DNA of 64,000 bases from Trichosphaerium sp. ATCC 40318 (GCA_038496445.1 JALMLS010000075.1:355435-419434), one strand, 5' to 3'. Counted from the stretch's first letter, positions 40,597 to 54,782 are shown. Made by a program: numbers and translations. Notes: a model not told the origin generated them from the sequence alone.

Positions 40597-43500
40597 ATGG
40601 CGCAGAGTAACGCGAAGCTTCGTTCTGAGTTCTCACAAGAGTGGATAAAGGTACCCATTTTGTTTTTGCTTTCTTTGACATGTGACATTTGACATTTCAA
40701 GTTTTTTTTTTTGAAATTCATTGTTCGACGTTTTGTTATTTACAAAGATTACAATAGAATTGTTATGCCAAGCATTTTCGGTTACGTTGGGCAGGTATCA
40801 AGGGACTAGGACATGCTGTTTGTCCAATTGGAAGTGCGTTTATTTCTAGAAAGGATCTTTGATTTTTTGATTTTTTGTTTTAACCACAGATGTCGTAAAT
40901 GATGATGTGCTGGAAGCAAAATGCTTTGAGATTGCTAGTGATTTATTAAGACATGGTGGAGAAGGCGAAGAGATATTGAAAGATCCGTATGTCTTTATTT
41001 GGTCGAAGGAAATTGAAACCTAATCAACGCATTGTTTGATACCTTTAAATGATTTTCATTTTAGAGAATGGTATAAACGAGAGAGTGTATATTTGGTCCA
41101 ATATGCTGCTGTACAAGCACTTGGCTTACTATTGCGATCTAATCCGAGTAACAAAGATAATTTTTTTTATTACCATTGAACTAACGTTAGAAACTTAGAC
41201 AAATGGTGGGCGAAGTTAACACCTATTTTTCAAAAAATTTTAAATGATAAAATCTATGCTGCTATGGTAAAATCTAGTGTACTTTTTACGTATGGAAAGG
41301 TTGTATATTATATGGATTCTGAAAATCCGTACTATATTGCTATAAAGGTACGACATTGTGACTGTCACCGCAAGAAAATCTATGTATTTTTACATCGAGA
41401 TGTTGTTGTTTTGTTTACCTTGTTTTAACTTGGCTTCAGGAACTTTTGTTCGAATTCAGCGGTATTGAGAATATCTTATATTCTGAACCTGCTACCTATG
41501 CTCTTTGTAACTTTAGCCTTGCCCATGCAGAGTTGGTATGTAACTTTTCTTTTATAAGTATTTTTTTCCTTTGTTTTGCTTGTTGTTTTTAGTTAATATC
41601 CTTTTGTCAAGTATGATCAAGTGAAGAGTTTAATCCGTCGTAAAATTGGAGCGCCACTTCGCCAAGCGACTGATAACTCTTTGACGTATTATCTAAAGAC
41701 ATGGTGCAAACTAATAGCAAGGTAAAAAAAAGATCACTTTGGAACAGAAAAAAATTAATGTTCTGGTATTAGGGATTATCATCCTGTTCTTAACATGTGC
41801 TCTGGAGTTATTTCTGTGCACTCTACTCATTTAGTTTCTATGAATAATTTTTCTAGCGCTTCACATGCTGGTGGAGAGCAAGAAGAAACTGACGTACGAA
41901 CATTATTGCGTTTTTTTTCTTTGGTATTTTTTTGCGTATAAGCAGTCATCATTTGCAATGAGTGTATTAAGGTAATGATTTTGTACAAGGTTGTTGATAT
42001 GTCTCGTATGCCTACAAATTCTATTTCAATCAAGGCAGTACAAGAGATTGCTCATAACGATAACAAACTTTTGGCTTTATGTACAGACTTTTCTTCTCCT
42101 GTTTTGGAGTCTGTGCTTCTCCTCACAAAGGATGTCTCTGTTTTCGATGATACACAATTTATTACAAACTTAAAGGTTCTTCTCATTGACTACAAGGTAA
42201 TTACTGGTATTCTTTGCGCTAATGATCACTAAATCTATTTTTTTTGAAGAAAAAACGAAATCTTCAGGATAGCGAGCGTATAAACCAAGATGGGTTGTTG
42301 CAACATTACAAAGAGCTAAAATCGATGCCACCATTATTAAAAGAGAGTGCAGTTACTCTTCTAAAATACCCAGAGATATTAGGTGAGCATAGCGTTTACT
42401 AGATTAGTAGTTTCTTTCAACACAAGTTCGTTGTTAACATAAGTATTTAGATAATCCTCTGTGGTTATCCAATGTTAAGTTCATGCTTTCTAACCATATT
42501 CAACACAATGGTGGTCAACAAAGACAACAGATTCAACATGCAGCACCAAGTCAAGCTCCAATTCAAGGTTACCAAACAAACGTTGCTGCTCCTCCACAAG
42601 CTCCTCTTATGATACAAAGTACTTAGTTGTTCTCTTAATATTTTCTAATGAATATTTAGATAACCATGTAGGTAATCAGCATATTATCACGTGCGTGTTT
42701 GTTATGTTCTAATTAGTTTTTTGTAAATGCTAATTTTGTTTCTCATTTAGCAATCAACAACTGCAACCTCAACAACCTGTTGCTCAGATGGGCGTAGCTT
42801 TAGACCCACAAATTGCTGCTCTTGCAAGTAATCTTGTTCAAAATATAACACAACAACTACATTACCTCACACAAACCTCAAATGCAGTGCCGAATGCGCA
42901 ACCGCATATGCCTGTACAACAAAATCATCAGTCTCGTCAACCACATCATATTGGTCAGCAACATAGACACATGCCTCCACAAATGATTCCTGGTGTACGA
43001 AACGGGTATAACGAAAATAGAGGCGGTCCAAGGCGGAACTTTGTGGCTACTAGGCAAGGATACAGGTACGCTTTTATCATTTAATTTAAAGAGTTTCTCA
43101 AACAGAATTTAAAACATAATATAGAGATGCAAATCAATGGAATGGTAATCAACGACATTCTGAACAAAGAAATCAAAGTAGAAAACGTAAAGCACAGAAA
43201 CAAACCAGGCATCAACAAAAAAAACCACGTGTTCAACAGAAACAAGAGCAAACAAAGCAACAGCATGGATCGAACCAAAAAAACAAGAAAGAGCAATTAT
43301 CTTCCCTTGCTGCACTGTATAAACCTAAGACAGAAGACAAGAACGCGCCTAAAACGAGCAATGTGCCTGTAGTTGGGAATGCAACGCGAGACAATGCTGG
43401 CACACCAAAAACGCCTTCAAAATCTTCCTCTGGTAGGCGTAGATCTTCCAGTACAGACAAGGGTTCTACGCCTGAAATTGTCCGTAAAACAATGAACGTA

Positions 43501-45650
43501 CCAACGCCAAATATTAGATGGAGTATGGGCGATGACGAAGACGATGAAGATGAGGTACGAGCATTTTTCAGAATATTTGCGGATAATGTGAGTCGCGCAA
43601 GGTCAACGATGAAGCAAAGCGATTTTTTTTTTGTTTTTTTGTAATTCACCGATTGATTAAACAGGATATTGACCCCTCGGCGATTGCATCCCTCATGGGC
43701 AACTAAGTACGTTATTTTCATGATATTTGTATTAAATTGTTCGTAGATTACGCGTATGAACGCTCGAGGCTCTAGAAATAACAGAAATAGTAAATCTAGC
43801 GTAAAGCAGGCGAAGAAATCCGTTTTTTTACCACCACTACCACGGTTGGGCCCAAAGGTCAAGAAATGCGTTTTTCTGCCGCCCTTACCGCTGTTGGGAA
43901 GTAAAGGAACGAAAAGAAAGGCACAGGAGCAAAAACAAAAGCAACCATTACGCTCATGTACGTAACAATACTTACTCTGTTTGAACGTCACTTCAAACAT
44001 TGCATTTGCGTTTGTACCACTTACACTTAGAGTTTCTGTGTACTAACTTAAGTAGCACCAAAGGCGAAGCTAGCGTCCTCTCAGAGATTACCACTACCTC
44101 AACGAAAGTCGAAACCTAAGCTCAAACCTTCGAAAAAACGTGGTGTGTTCTTACCGCCTCCACCCAAGCTTATTCGACCTGCCTCTAAGAAGCTTGCGAG
44201 TAATGTATTCCTTGCTAAGCCACCTTTATTGACTACAAAAGAGAAGAACCAAGATGTTTCGACTACGCGCACTAAGACGCCGATTCCTAAAGCTTCTCAT
44301 CCGATTGCTAATCCACAGATGGGTAATAATAATGCTACAGTCACTGGTAAGCCTATCAAGCAAATACATTTGCAACCAGTTGAGGTAATAATAATTTAAT
44401 GTCTTTGATCGTTAATTTAAACTAATCACTCATTAGGTGGCAGCATGTCCAGTTCCAACATCAACTGGTGACCGAGTAATACCTATGAGACCTATAAATA
44501 GTAGAGAAAGACATCATAGGGGCAGTGATAGACGACATGAAGATAGAGATAGTCGAAACTATCGAAATGACACTGATAGAGTTGCACATCACAAAGATAT
44601 TAATTATCGCAGAGCTGAAAACGACAGACGTGATGGCTCCTATCGTGAAGCTGGCAATAGCCGTAGTTATACGCGGGATAGAAGAATCAGTAAACGAAGT
44701 GTTAAAGATAGGGATAGTAGGCGAGATAACATTGATTCTCGCGATAGCAGAGAAGAGAGAAGTAGAGGTTACAGTGACCGAGATAGGCGACACTCAGAGA
44801 CCGACAAACGTCACCATAAGAATGCTGAAGCACGCAGTGGTGGCAAGCCAGCATCTATTGTTAAACGTAGAGATGAGATTTGCAAGTTTTTTAGAACAGG
44901 TCATTGTAGGAGGGGAGATAACTGCACTTTTAGTCATGGTATGATTATTATTTTTGTTTTTCACAACATGTAATGTTATCCAAAAAAAACTCAACTTAGT
45001 CTTGTTTGTAGATTTAAAGAGTGAAGCTTGTTTGTATTTCAGGGCAGGTAATTGTACATTAGGAAGTGCTTGTAAGTACTCGCATGATCCAGCTGTAGTG
45101 CAAGCCGCTATAAAAGCAGAAGAAGACGAGAAACTTGCAATTATTCGTGCTGCTGAAAAAGAAGCCGAGAAGCTAGTACGTAGTCTTTTGTTTTCATCGT
45201 TGTCGCGACATGTGCCACTGATATTAACGAGTCATTTAGGCTGCAAAAACACCTGCACTTCCGCCTGCTTTACAAGCACAAATAGATGCATCAAAAGAAC
45301 TCTTTGTTACTACTGCATCGAGTTCTAGTGGTGGCTTGGAAACACGTGGTTATGTTCCTACAAGTATATCTGATTATGACATCGATGACCAGCCAGTTGT
45401 TACAGAGAAGGAAGAAGATGTGGAAAGCGTTCTTATAACACCTGGTGGTCACTCCGCTAGTAGTTCTTTGCTTCCTACACCCGGATCAATGTCAAGAACT
45501 TCAACTTATGTTAGTCCGTTTTCAAGGGTTAATTCTTCTCCTCTTGCACCGCCTGTTATACCTCAAGTTGTTAAGAAGGTAGAAAAAATAGTTGTAGAGG
45601 TTACACCTGAGAAGAAGTCAAGCTGGGAGTTGTTAAAGGCTGCGCAGTAG
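40597..45650 (+). CDS. Large multi-exon protein: helical (HEAT-like) N-terminus, Q-rich and RD/RS-rich regions, two C-terminal CCCH zinc fingers (may be two genes split at 43706/43756)
   Basis: MAQSNAKLRSEFSQEWIK/NCYAKHFRLRWAGIKGLG... start. CKFFRTGHCRRGDNCTFSH and CLYFRAGNCTLGSACKYSH. Repeated VFLPP motifs. Confidence 0.7.
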
Positions 45651-45864
45651 TTTGTAAAATAAACTTATGTTCGCATAAAAAGTGGTATGGTAACTTACAA
45701 GAAAGAAAAATCCACAAAGGAGAAAGAAGTTGGTGAGTAGCAAATTGATAGAAAAAGTTACACAATTAAATATGATTGTCGTCAAGAAAAGTAGTCTACG
45801 TCTTTTTTTTAATTTTGTGGTACTTTAAAGATCCACAGAAACTCTTTACTTGGCGTTTGTTTCA

Positions 45865-47112
45865 ATGGAACCGAGGGGCGACTATTCCGAACAAAATGAG
45901 ACCAAATTAATCGATACTGAGCTTTTAGACATACCAGCAGAGATACTAGCTCACTTACTATCATATTTGAAGCGTTCAGATCGATTTTCTGTATCTCAAA
46001 GTTGTAGAAGACTATTGGAGGTTATTCACCATCACGTTGGATACAGCTACATCGTTGTTCGATCTAGCGCCAGTTGTTCTCGTCTATCAAAGAGTCCTCT
46101 ATTAAAAAACACTGCAATAGTCTTTTGGAATGGCGGACAAGACTCTGATCTAGCTTTTCTCTCTGGGGTTTACTCTTTGACAGTCTACAGCAATAGTAAC
46201 ATTACAGATTCAGGATTGAACCATATTTCCGGTGTATCTAAGTTGACATTGTCTCATTGTACAAGAATTACAGACTCAGGACTACTACCACTTGTTGAAC
46301 ACCTCAAACACATTAACTTGTTCAAAAATTCTAAAATCACCCCAAATGGATTTAAACATCTTTCTGGTGTACCTAGCATATCTATACAAAACTGCACAGA
46401 TGTAAGAGATGAAGTACTTAGTGCATGGTCCGGTGTACATACCGTTGATGTGAGGTTAAACCGTTTCATTACAGACAAAGGTGTTTCATCTTTAGCTGGC
46501 GTACACACCATAGATTTGAGTTGGTGTAGACACATAACAGATACAGCTATATCTGCCTTAAGTGGTGTTAAAATCATTAAGCTCATTGGCTGCCAAGGTA
46601 TAACTGGCACGTGTATGAAGGACCTCAGTGGTGTACATACCATTGACTTATCAAATACAAAAGCAACAGACGATTGGATTACACCTCTTGCTGGTGTACA
46701 TGAGATCATCCTTGAAGAATGTGCGGGTATCACTGGGACGTCTATGAGCAGTCTTGTAGATACAAACACCATTATCTTGACAACATGTAACAGTTTGAAG
46801 GATTGGGTTGTTCCACTCTCTGGCGTACACACAATTGATCTTGGATACTGTTTGGGTATTACTAGTGCATCAATGGAGTGTATTGTAGACGCATACAATG
46901 TTAATTTATGTTACACAAATGCAACAGATGAGTGGCTTGTTCCTCTTTCTAAAGTCTCAGAAATAAAACTGGTGGGTTGCCATGGAATAACAGAAGAAGG
47001 TATTGATGCTTTAGTTAGCATACGTAAAATCACATTATCAAAGACACATAAGGTTTCAGACGAATGTATTGCTGCCCTTAAAGAAAGAGGTGTAAACGTG
47101 ATTTTGTCTTAA
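45865..47112 (+). CDS. Intronless F-box + LRR protein (GVHTIDLS-type repeats)
   Basis: LLDIPAEILAHLLSYL...VSQSCRRL F-box, then repeated LSGVHTIDLSxCxxITD units. Confidence 0.92.
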   Translation: MEPRGDYSEQNETKLIDTELLDIPAEILAHLLSYLKRSDRFSVSQSCRRLLEVIHHHVGYSYIVVRSSASCSRLSKSPLLKNTAIVFWNGGQDSDLAFLSGVYSLTVYSNSNITDSGLNHISGVSKLTLSHCTRITDSGLLPLVEHLKHINLFKNSKITPNGFKHLSGVPSISIQNCTDVRDEVLSAWSGVHTVDVRLNRFITDKGVSSLAGVHTIDLSWCRHITDTAISALSGVKIIKLIGCQGITGTCMKDLSGVHTIDLSNTKATDDWITPLAGVHEIILEECAGITGTSMSSLVDTNTIILTTCNSLKDWVVPLSGVHTIDLGYCLGITSASMECIVDAYNVNLCYTNATDEWLVPLSKVSEIKLVGCHGITEEGIDALVSIRKITLSKTHKVSDECIAALKERGVNVILS

Positions 47113-48897
47113 ACTGGTAACTAAATAAACACCTTGTTATAAACAAATTCGTTGCTGTCACATCAGGATGTCAGACTTCCACACAAACATTTACTTTTTG
47201 AACTCTGTGTTTGGACGTAGTTTTTTTCACCCCCAAACTCTAATTGTCGGCAGGGTATTCTATCAAAAACCACTTGTAAAATTGTAGTTTTACATTAAGA
47301 TACATTTTTTATTGTAGTTTGACTTTAATAACCCTTTTTTGGCGAGATGTACAAGTGATGCTTCTTCAAATACTATTGTAATAATCAATACCTTCATCTC
47401 TTTATCCATTATAACGTACATTCATTAAGTCCCTCATTTGTAAGTGAACTACATTCCACATACGAGAGAGCCTATTTCAAATGTCAACAACAAAATGATT
47501 CGTGGAAAACGTTACATTAATTTTAATAGCCATTTGTTCAGCTTCTAGTCTTGTAATACACTCGTATGGTTTTCCTGTTCTTGGGTTTTCTTTACTCTTC
47601 ATATCACTCTTAAGGCCTGCAAGTACTATAGATACTTTTGGGCAATGATGCTTGGTTTCAGGTTTCCACTACACTTAGAACTCAGCATGGCTCAAAACAA
47701 ATGATGAAATACAGTTTCTACTGCTACAGCAGTATTCAAATATGCCAAAGAGTTTCCTGCAATGTTAAAAAAATGTGCGTGCCTTTTGCTCAACATTTTC
47801 AAAGCTTGCCCTTGAAATAAGACTGAAACAAATGACAATAACATCAGATCCCTGATCTATTGTTAGTTTTTTGGTTTTTTTCACTTATCACGTTTGCAAA
47901 CGAGCACGTGGGTTGACGACAAAAGTAAACGTCATACTATATAACTGAGAGGTCTTAACCTACTGTAGCCCTCAGAACCAGCGGTGTCCCATAATCCTGT
48001 AACCAAGAATCAGTTGGAAACATACGAATGAAAAAAGAGTTTTACCTAGATTTAATATCTTGCCAGCTACAATGGTGGTTGTACTAATAAATGTCAGTAT
48101 GCTACTATAGTCTGGTTGTGGTTTTTAGCTTAAAACAAGACCAAACGAACTGGTTTAGGATAATAATTACATACTAGTATTGAGAGGCCATTGTTGGTAC
48201 TATGGCGTACGTGAGTGGCGAAGTAGACTATACATGCGTACCATAGGCTCCTGGGAACTTTTTTTCTGTATATGTCATCAAGAGGCATGTTTTACCTATG
48301 TAGCAACGAGCTACGTTAAAATAAAGCGTATTAGACAAATGACATACCCACTGCTCCATCGCCAACAGCCACGATTTTTATATCGTTAACAGCCATTATG
48401 CATAGTAATTTTAAGCTACAAATCAACAAATAGCCGACCCGTTAGGCTAAACAAAGTGGAAACTAATCGAATATAACGTAATTACGAAAAAACTGAAATT
48501 TCATTTTTTTTGGTTTGATCATTTAATTGTGACTAAGACAGCCTGATTTTACACCTTTAACGGGGTTATTTGCAATATGGTTTGCTTTCGTTGCAAGTTT
48601 GTTACAAGTTTTATGAAGACGATGTGTAGTTTGTGTGAAACAAATTAATAAGGTGTTTCCATTAAATGACTTTTTTGCAAACGTGTTGTATTTGTGGTTG
48701 TTTTCCCACTCTATACCATATTTAAGTGGCTATGGGATAATATTTAGCGCTGTTTGAGCTTCTCTTTGAGTTCAGTGAACCCAACTAGTCGTAGAAAAGT
48801 ACTCAACTACTCATGTACTTTGGTTAAATTGATTTTCACTGATTGTAGCGTTTACAAGTAGCTTTAAATATTGTACTAACAACAACAAGCGCGCTGT

Positions 48898-51296
48898 ATG
48901 TCTGTTTCAGAAGAGTTTGCGTCGTATCCTGAGCGAGAAGGTAATATTGTCGTACCACACATTGAATCGTACGTATGATAGCGTAGGCGATACCGCAAAC
49001 GCTCATTTCTGCGTAAAGAGGACCTTTTTATCGTAGATTGGATGAAGCTATTAAAAACGCAAAGAAAAGCGTGTGGGCGGGCGTATCGTTCGTAAAGAAT
49101 AACTTCCGGATGCCAGGTATGTCAGTTGGTGTTTGCGTTCCTAAAACCTTTGATAGATGGCTCTCAGGTGGTTCCATACTTCACAGAAGTTGCAGAGCGT
49201 GGCATAGAAGTCCGTCTTCTCTTTTGGAGGTAAAACTAAATATACCATTTTAAAACAAGCGTCAAAACCGTCTATACCTACTCATATTAGTCTAACACCG
49301 TTCTAGTAACTCCGAATTCTTTAACAAAGGCCACAGTATAGCATCTAAAGCTACTTTCAACATTTTCAACGCCTGTAATGCTCAGAAAGTTCTAGCAAGG
49401 TATGAAGTACTGTGAGGTCAAAGCATTCTTTAACTTATTATTCAAATCCAGGTGGGACAAATCAGAGGATCCTAAGCATTGTCATCACGAAAAAACTTGG
49501 ATAATAGATGCTGGTGAGCCGGGAGAAGTTGCATTCATTGGAGGCATTACCCTGTCAGGTTGTTTGAATGGTAAGTCTTCGTTTTTTTCTTAAAGCAATA
49601 TCACGTGATTTTTTATCACTTTTCTAATGTCGAAACTCACGAGTTTTGTAGAACCAGATCATCTTCAAAGGCATAAGAAACACGATATTACAGCAGAAAT
49701 AAGAGGCATGTGTTTTGGAAAATAAGAATCTGTCCTGTTCTCTGCTTGTGTTTTTCTTTGGTAATTATGACTTTAGGGCCTTCATGTACAGACTATCACC
49801 ATCACTTTGTGCAGCGCTGGAACGAAGCTTATGGTCACAAGGAACAATACGGTGCTTGGCCTAGTGCTGAAATAGCAAATGACATGCTTTTCCCTACTAA
49901 ATTATCTGAACCTTGTGGTAAATCTAAAGTACAAGTTCTAAGAAGTGCTCGGTACGTTCTTTTGTAGTAGCTCTTGGTATGAGTATTAATTTTTTCTAGT
50001 GGCGGCTTTTTGACGAGTACACAACCCACAGTTGGTAGAGAAAAGGGTTTAAATATGGCTGAAGGAGAGCAGAGTATATACGAAGCATATAAAGCTGCTA
50101 TCAAGTCAGCTAAAACGTATATATTTATGGAAAATCAACATTTTTGCCATTCCGGCTTGATGGATTTATTAGCTGAGGCTTTACAGAGGTACCAGTGTAT
50201 TAAATAACAAGTGTACTAACAGTATTTAAAATAGAGGAGTTGAAGTTATTTATTTGGCTCCTTCTGAGTCTGGTATATACCATTTGATACATTATGCAAG
50301 AGGCACGTCCTTATTTATTTTATAGTCTGTTTTTCTTATTTTTTTCTTACCCTTGTTATAATATAGAGCGCGCTTTAAATTGGCAAAGGAAGAAGAAAGG
50401 ACCTAAACCTGATTATTCTGATATTTTTCTTCGTAATCAGCCTGAGCTTGCAAAGTATCCAAACTTCACACTAGGATCGCTTTGTAAAACTGTTGAAGTC
50501 AAGAAAGTACGCAAAAACTTATCGTTTCACAGAGGTTTACTTACCTTGTTTTTAGGCTGTACAACGACAAGAAATATACGTACATGCTAAAATAATGATT
50601 GTGGATGACGCTTGGTACATAACATTTTAGTAGTTGTCATCACAAGTAAAACACTAACTCTGTCTTTTTATTTTAAAGGTTCACTGTTGGCTCAGCTAAT
50701 TTAGTTGATATTTCTTTTGAAAAAGATCATACTGAAGTAAATATTGGTGTTACTGATGCTGATTTAGCACGTAAATTCAGATGTGACTTGACAAAACGTA
50801 AGACCGCTTGTTTAATTTGGAAAACCACTGTTGGTTTGTATTCTCTCTTTTAACTTTTGTATAGAGCATGTTGGTGTTGATGTGTCGTCAATGTCTATGA
50901 AAGAGGGTATTGAAGTCTTCAAAAAGGTAGCTATTAAGAACAGAGATTGTATTTCTTTCAGAAAGAATACAATGATGCAAGGTAAATGACAAAAACAGTC
51001 TTCCTAATACAGTTTTTTTACCTTCTACAAATTCTTGTTGTCTCGCAAACTCCACCCTTCAAACTTTGAGGTTGTCTAATAAATGTACATACAGGACTTG
51101 CTTTTGCATACACAGAGGAGGAACAAGCATCTTACGGAGCAACACCAACATATTCAACTACGTATAAAAAAGTTGAATTGACAGTTTCGAATGGTATTAT
51201 TTCATTTATAAGAACTGTAACTGGGCACTAATGACTGAGTTTCTTCCTCAACTTAGGAACAATTATGTTACGTTCGAATATGTAGCATTAACTTAA
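48898..51296 (+). CDS. Phospholipase D superfamily protein (two HKD motifs)
   Basis: HHEKTWIID...AFIGGI, HDITAEIR/GP..D...FVQRWN, IFMENQHF, YVHAKIMIVDD...GSANL. Confidence 0.92.
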
Positions 51297-53638
51297 ATCA
51301 AAATAAAGAAAATTCTCGTTCAGAAGTAACTACAAACTATTATGAACGCTTTGTTGTTTTATTGTTATCATGGATTACATTTTATCAATGACTTGAGTCA
51401 ATTCTTTATGTCGTATAAAATGCTGTCGAGTCTGAAGGACGTGCGATTTACGCTAGAATACCACATTAGAACAAAAAAGTTAGATCGATTATAAGTGCCC
51501 TTATTTTAGGTTATCCAAAATTGCATATTTTAGAGGTCAAATGTTCCCTTTGAAATAGTAACATAAATGACTTTCACGATTAGTTTCAATGGCATGTGTC
51601 TTTCTAGCAAAGGTAGACCTTCATTCTCAACATTAACAAACAAGTCTGTTAAAGTTGGTAGGGATGAAGAGGAGACATATCCTTCACGGAGCGACCCAGA
51701 TCACTGACGTACTTATTAATTCGTTCAACACCTTAGATTTTCGCGTACATTGACCGTTCTTTTCACGACCACGTTTACGCCATCCAGGAGTACACCATCC
51801 ATTTGTATCACATGTTTCACCACACAATAGTAGTCCTTGCTAACTTGCGTGTTAATTAACATACAGTGAAAGTAGCAAGCGAAAATAGAATTAATCGTTT
51901 ACCAGCACGTTTCGCGAACCAAAACATCGCCGATACTGTTCTCACGCATGAAAATAGATACTACAAGGGTTTGTAGGTGTTTTGAAATGTGCATTATCCA
52001 TATTTGGAGTATTGAACTGGATATTTCACTGAATTGGATGAAACTGTCCTCGAAATCCATTGAGCAATGTAAAACGAAGATACAACATGCTCATAAACAC
52101 CAATGTAACATGGTGGAGCGATTGAAATCGTGTTTTATCAACATTTCTCAATACCACTTTTTATTTTTATCCACAAATGAATGGTACATAAGTATTCGGA
52201 ATGTTATTTACAAACAAGGAAGGAAATACATTCTAGCGAGTAAAAATGGCAGTAGCTACAACCAAGGTCGTGCAGGACTGGGTTTAGCTACATATGCGCC
52301 ATCTTCATCTGCAATGTTTCACCGCATTTGCCAATGGTTGACCCGTAGGTGTATATTCCAACACTGAGCATCCATTAGCCTGGCCAGTGTAAGGTATCAC
52401 AAAGTAACATGATACATTGGCGCTCCACTGCACAACCCGTAAGACCTGGCAGAATATCAGCAGAGCCGGGGTAGCGCCGAACCTTAACCAAGACTCTCTT
52501 TTTGTTAGTACAGCATGAACTTCTCACTTAACAATATTGTTTTGCTTTATCACGTGACTACATCCTGGTTTTCTTGTTATCTATCTTTTTAGCTTGCATG
52601 GTACTAATTCATCTACAACATACGTATTTCGTCTATGGCTTGATTGTATATACAAGGTTACCCTTCGACTGTTTGTCACTCTTCCAGCGACACAATTACT
52701 CCCACACATTTTGCTTGTATTCTCCTTCTCGTTTCTTATTGCAATACAAGCCTGCAGTCCAACCATTCTTGTTATTTCCCTCTTTTCTAAAAAACACCTC
52801 TTACTTTAAAAGCTACATACATTGGTACAACCAGCCTCTTATCACCGAAAAAGTGAACTAACCTGGACTTTATATTCGTACGGTTTACCTGCTTTGCAGA
52901 GCAGGCTCAACGAATTATTGAAGCGCCTTGGGTTTAACTAGTTTCTTGGCAAAGGTCTGTGCCAAAAAGTTAAGGTACTTTTGTCTATGCTTTCGGCTTG
53001 AAAAAAACCTTATTGCTGGGAATAAGTACTATAACCGAGGCATTGAGGCTACGCGTAGGAGCATCCTAAGTGCTATATTAAAGTTGAGAAATCTTATTCA
53101 GAAGATAGCCTTCTTGATAAAGTACGTTGTCATGCTGATAAACTAATTAAGGTTGATTACAGCAAAGTTGTACAGGATATGCTTTCAGCTTGTAAACATT
53201 CGAATAATATCCGCTTACTTCTTAAGGATTCTGTTGCTAATGCTTGCAGCGTTTCTGAAATCTTTTGTATTCTGGAAGACTTTATGTTCTCGACTACCTT
53301 GATATTGTTAATGAATGTTCTACCAAAGAAGAAAATCAGACAGGTTTGGATCTGGCTAATCGTCTCAATACATCCATACGTAATCATAACTCAGCTGAAA
53401 TAGATGACATCTTATTTGTACTTGTGTCAAATGACATAAATCGTTAGAGCCTGGTTAAATACCAGACACTAAGGTGGACCTAGATCAAGTATCAGCGTAG
53501 AATGTTAGCCTGCGAAAATGCGAGTTCACAGGATGTTTGAATATGAAGGGTGGTTAGTTTTATCGGAAATGCACTTTCTTGTAAGCATGCCAACTAATCA
53601 TTCGCTTGAATACATGTTTATTGAAGAAGCTAAAACGT

Positions 53639-54643
53639 TTATATACAGTAAGAAATAGTGACAGGTTTTAATTCATCATATTCTTCTGCAACTATTGCTT
53701 TTCCTTTTATCCAGATTGCAGCGTATGATGATCTAAATTCAAGGTGCGGTATTTCAGAGCCAATAGACTTTAGAAATTGAAACTGATAATAAATTAGGTC
53801 ACACATGTTATGAATAGATACAGTAGACATACTTTTACTGGGTTTCTCATTTTTTTCCGGAATGGACTACCACGTACTGAGATAGCAACAATAGAACCTT
53901 CGGGTGCCTCATCAATAATAGCCGTCATTTCCTTTGTAATCTGAGCTAGTGCTTTATTTGGGACGGTAATGAGACTATGACTCTAAAACACTGTGACTGA
54001 GCAATAGAACAATAGTATCGTACAACAACAAATGTTTCAGAATCATAGACTACAACATTCCATCCGTATTTTCCAACTGATTTCTGTTTTCCTGAAGTAA
54101 ATGTAGCTTTATCACCACTCAGAGCTCCCGCTGAAGCCACAACAATTTCATTCTTGCAAACTAAACATGATGGTAGAACAGCTAATGCAAGTATGTTCAC
54201 GTGATGTAGGTACCTTTTGGTTTGTTTTGTTGAATTAGCTTTCTGGCTTTAACGCTTTTAGGTTTTTTGATAGCTTTAACTGTATCTTGATTCCGTGTAA
54301 ACATTGAACCACCTGTAGGCTGTAAAGTATTTTTAAGCCTTAAAGCCGATACTTTTTTATTGTCGGCTTCTTCGGTTGTATCTTCGCTAAGATTATTCTA
54401 CTAAGCGTTATCACGTGCTCGTACAGTACAACAGGAATAAGAAACTCAAATATTTATAATAAATAAATAGATACGCACTAAGAATGTCCAGTATCCATAC
54501 AATAGCACTGAAAGAAGAAGCAAGCAAACTATATTTGTTTTTGTACATATTTTTACCCCCTTCCTCTTCTTTCGCTTAGATACTACAAATACTTGCTGAT
54601 GAGGGGTAGAAAACTCCCATGAACGCTTTAGATTCCTCCTCAT
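53639..54643 (-). CDS. Type II membrane protein with ILEI/PANDER (FAM3/POMGNT1-stem-like) domain
   Basis: N-terminal TM IVCLLLLSVLLYGYW. VASAG...GKYGWNVVVYD, IDEAPEGSIVAIS, LKSIGS...LEFRSSYAAIWIKG. Confidence 0.7.
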
Positions 54644-54782
54644 TCTGGCCGGAGATTAGGAACAATCACGTGTAGGAGGTTGCTTTTTTTAGTCCATTCG
54701 TTTCAAACCTTGATATTTCTGGGTGAAAAACCTTCATTGAAACTCGAGTGTTGCATTCAAAACGACGTTGACGTACCGTACC

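Noticed and set aside
46254-46898. 214-aa antisense ORF (also 11646-11993, 43233-44000, 44461-44793, 18043-18321)
   Set aside because: These are shadow ORFs opposite real repetitive or low-complexity coding sequence, with no independent domain signal.
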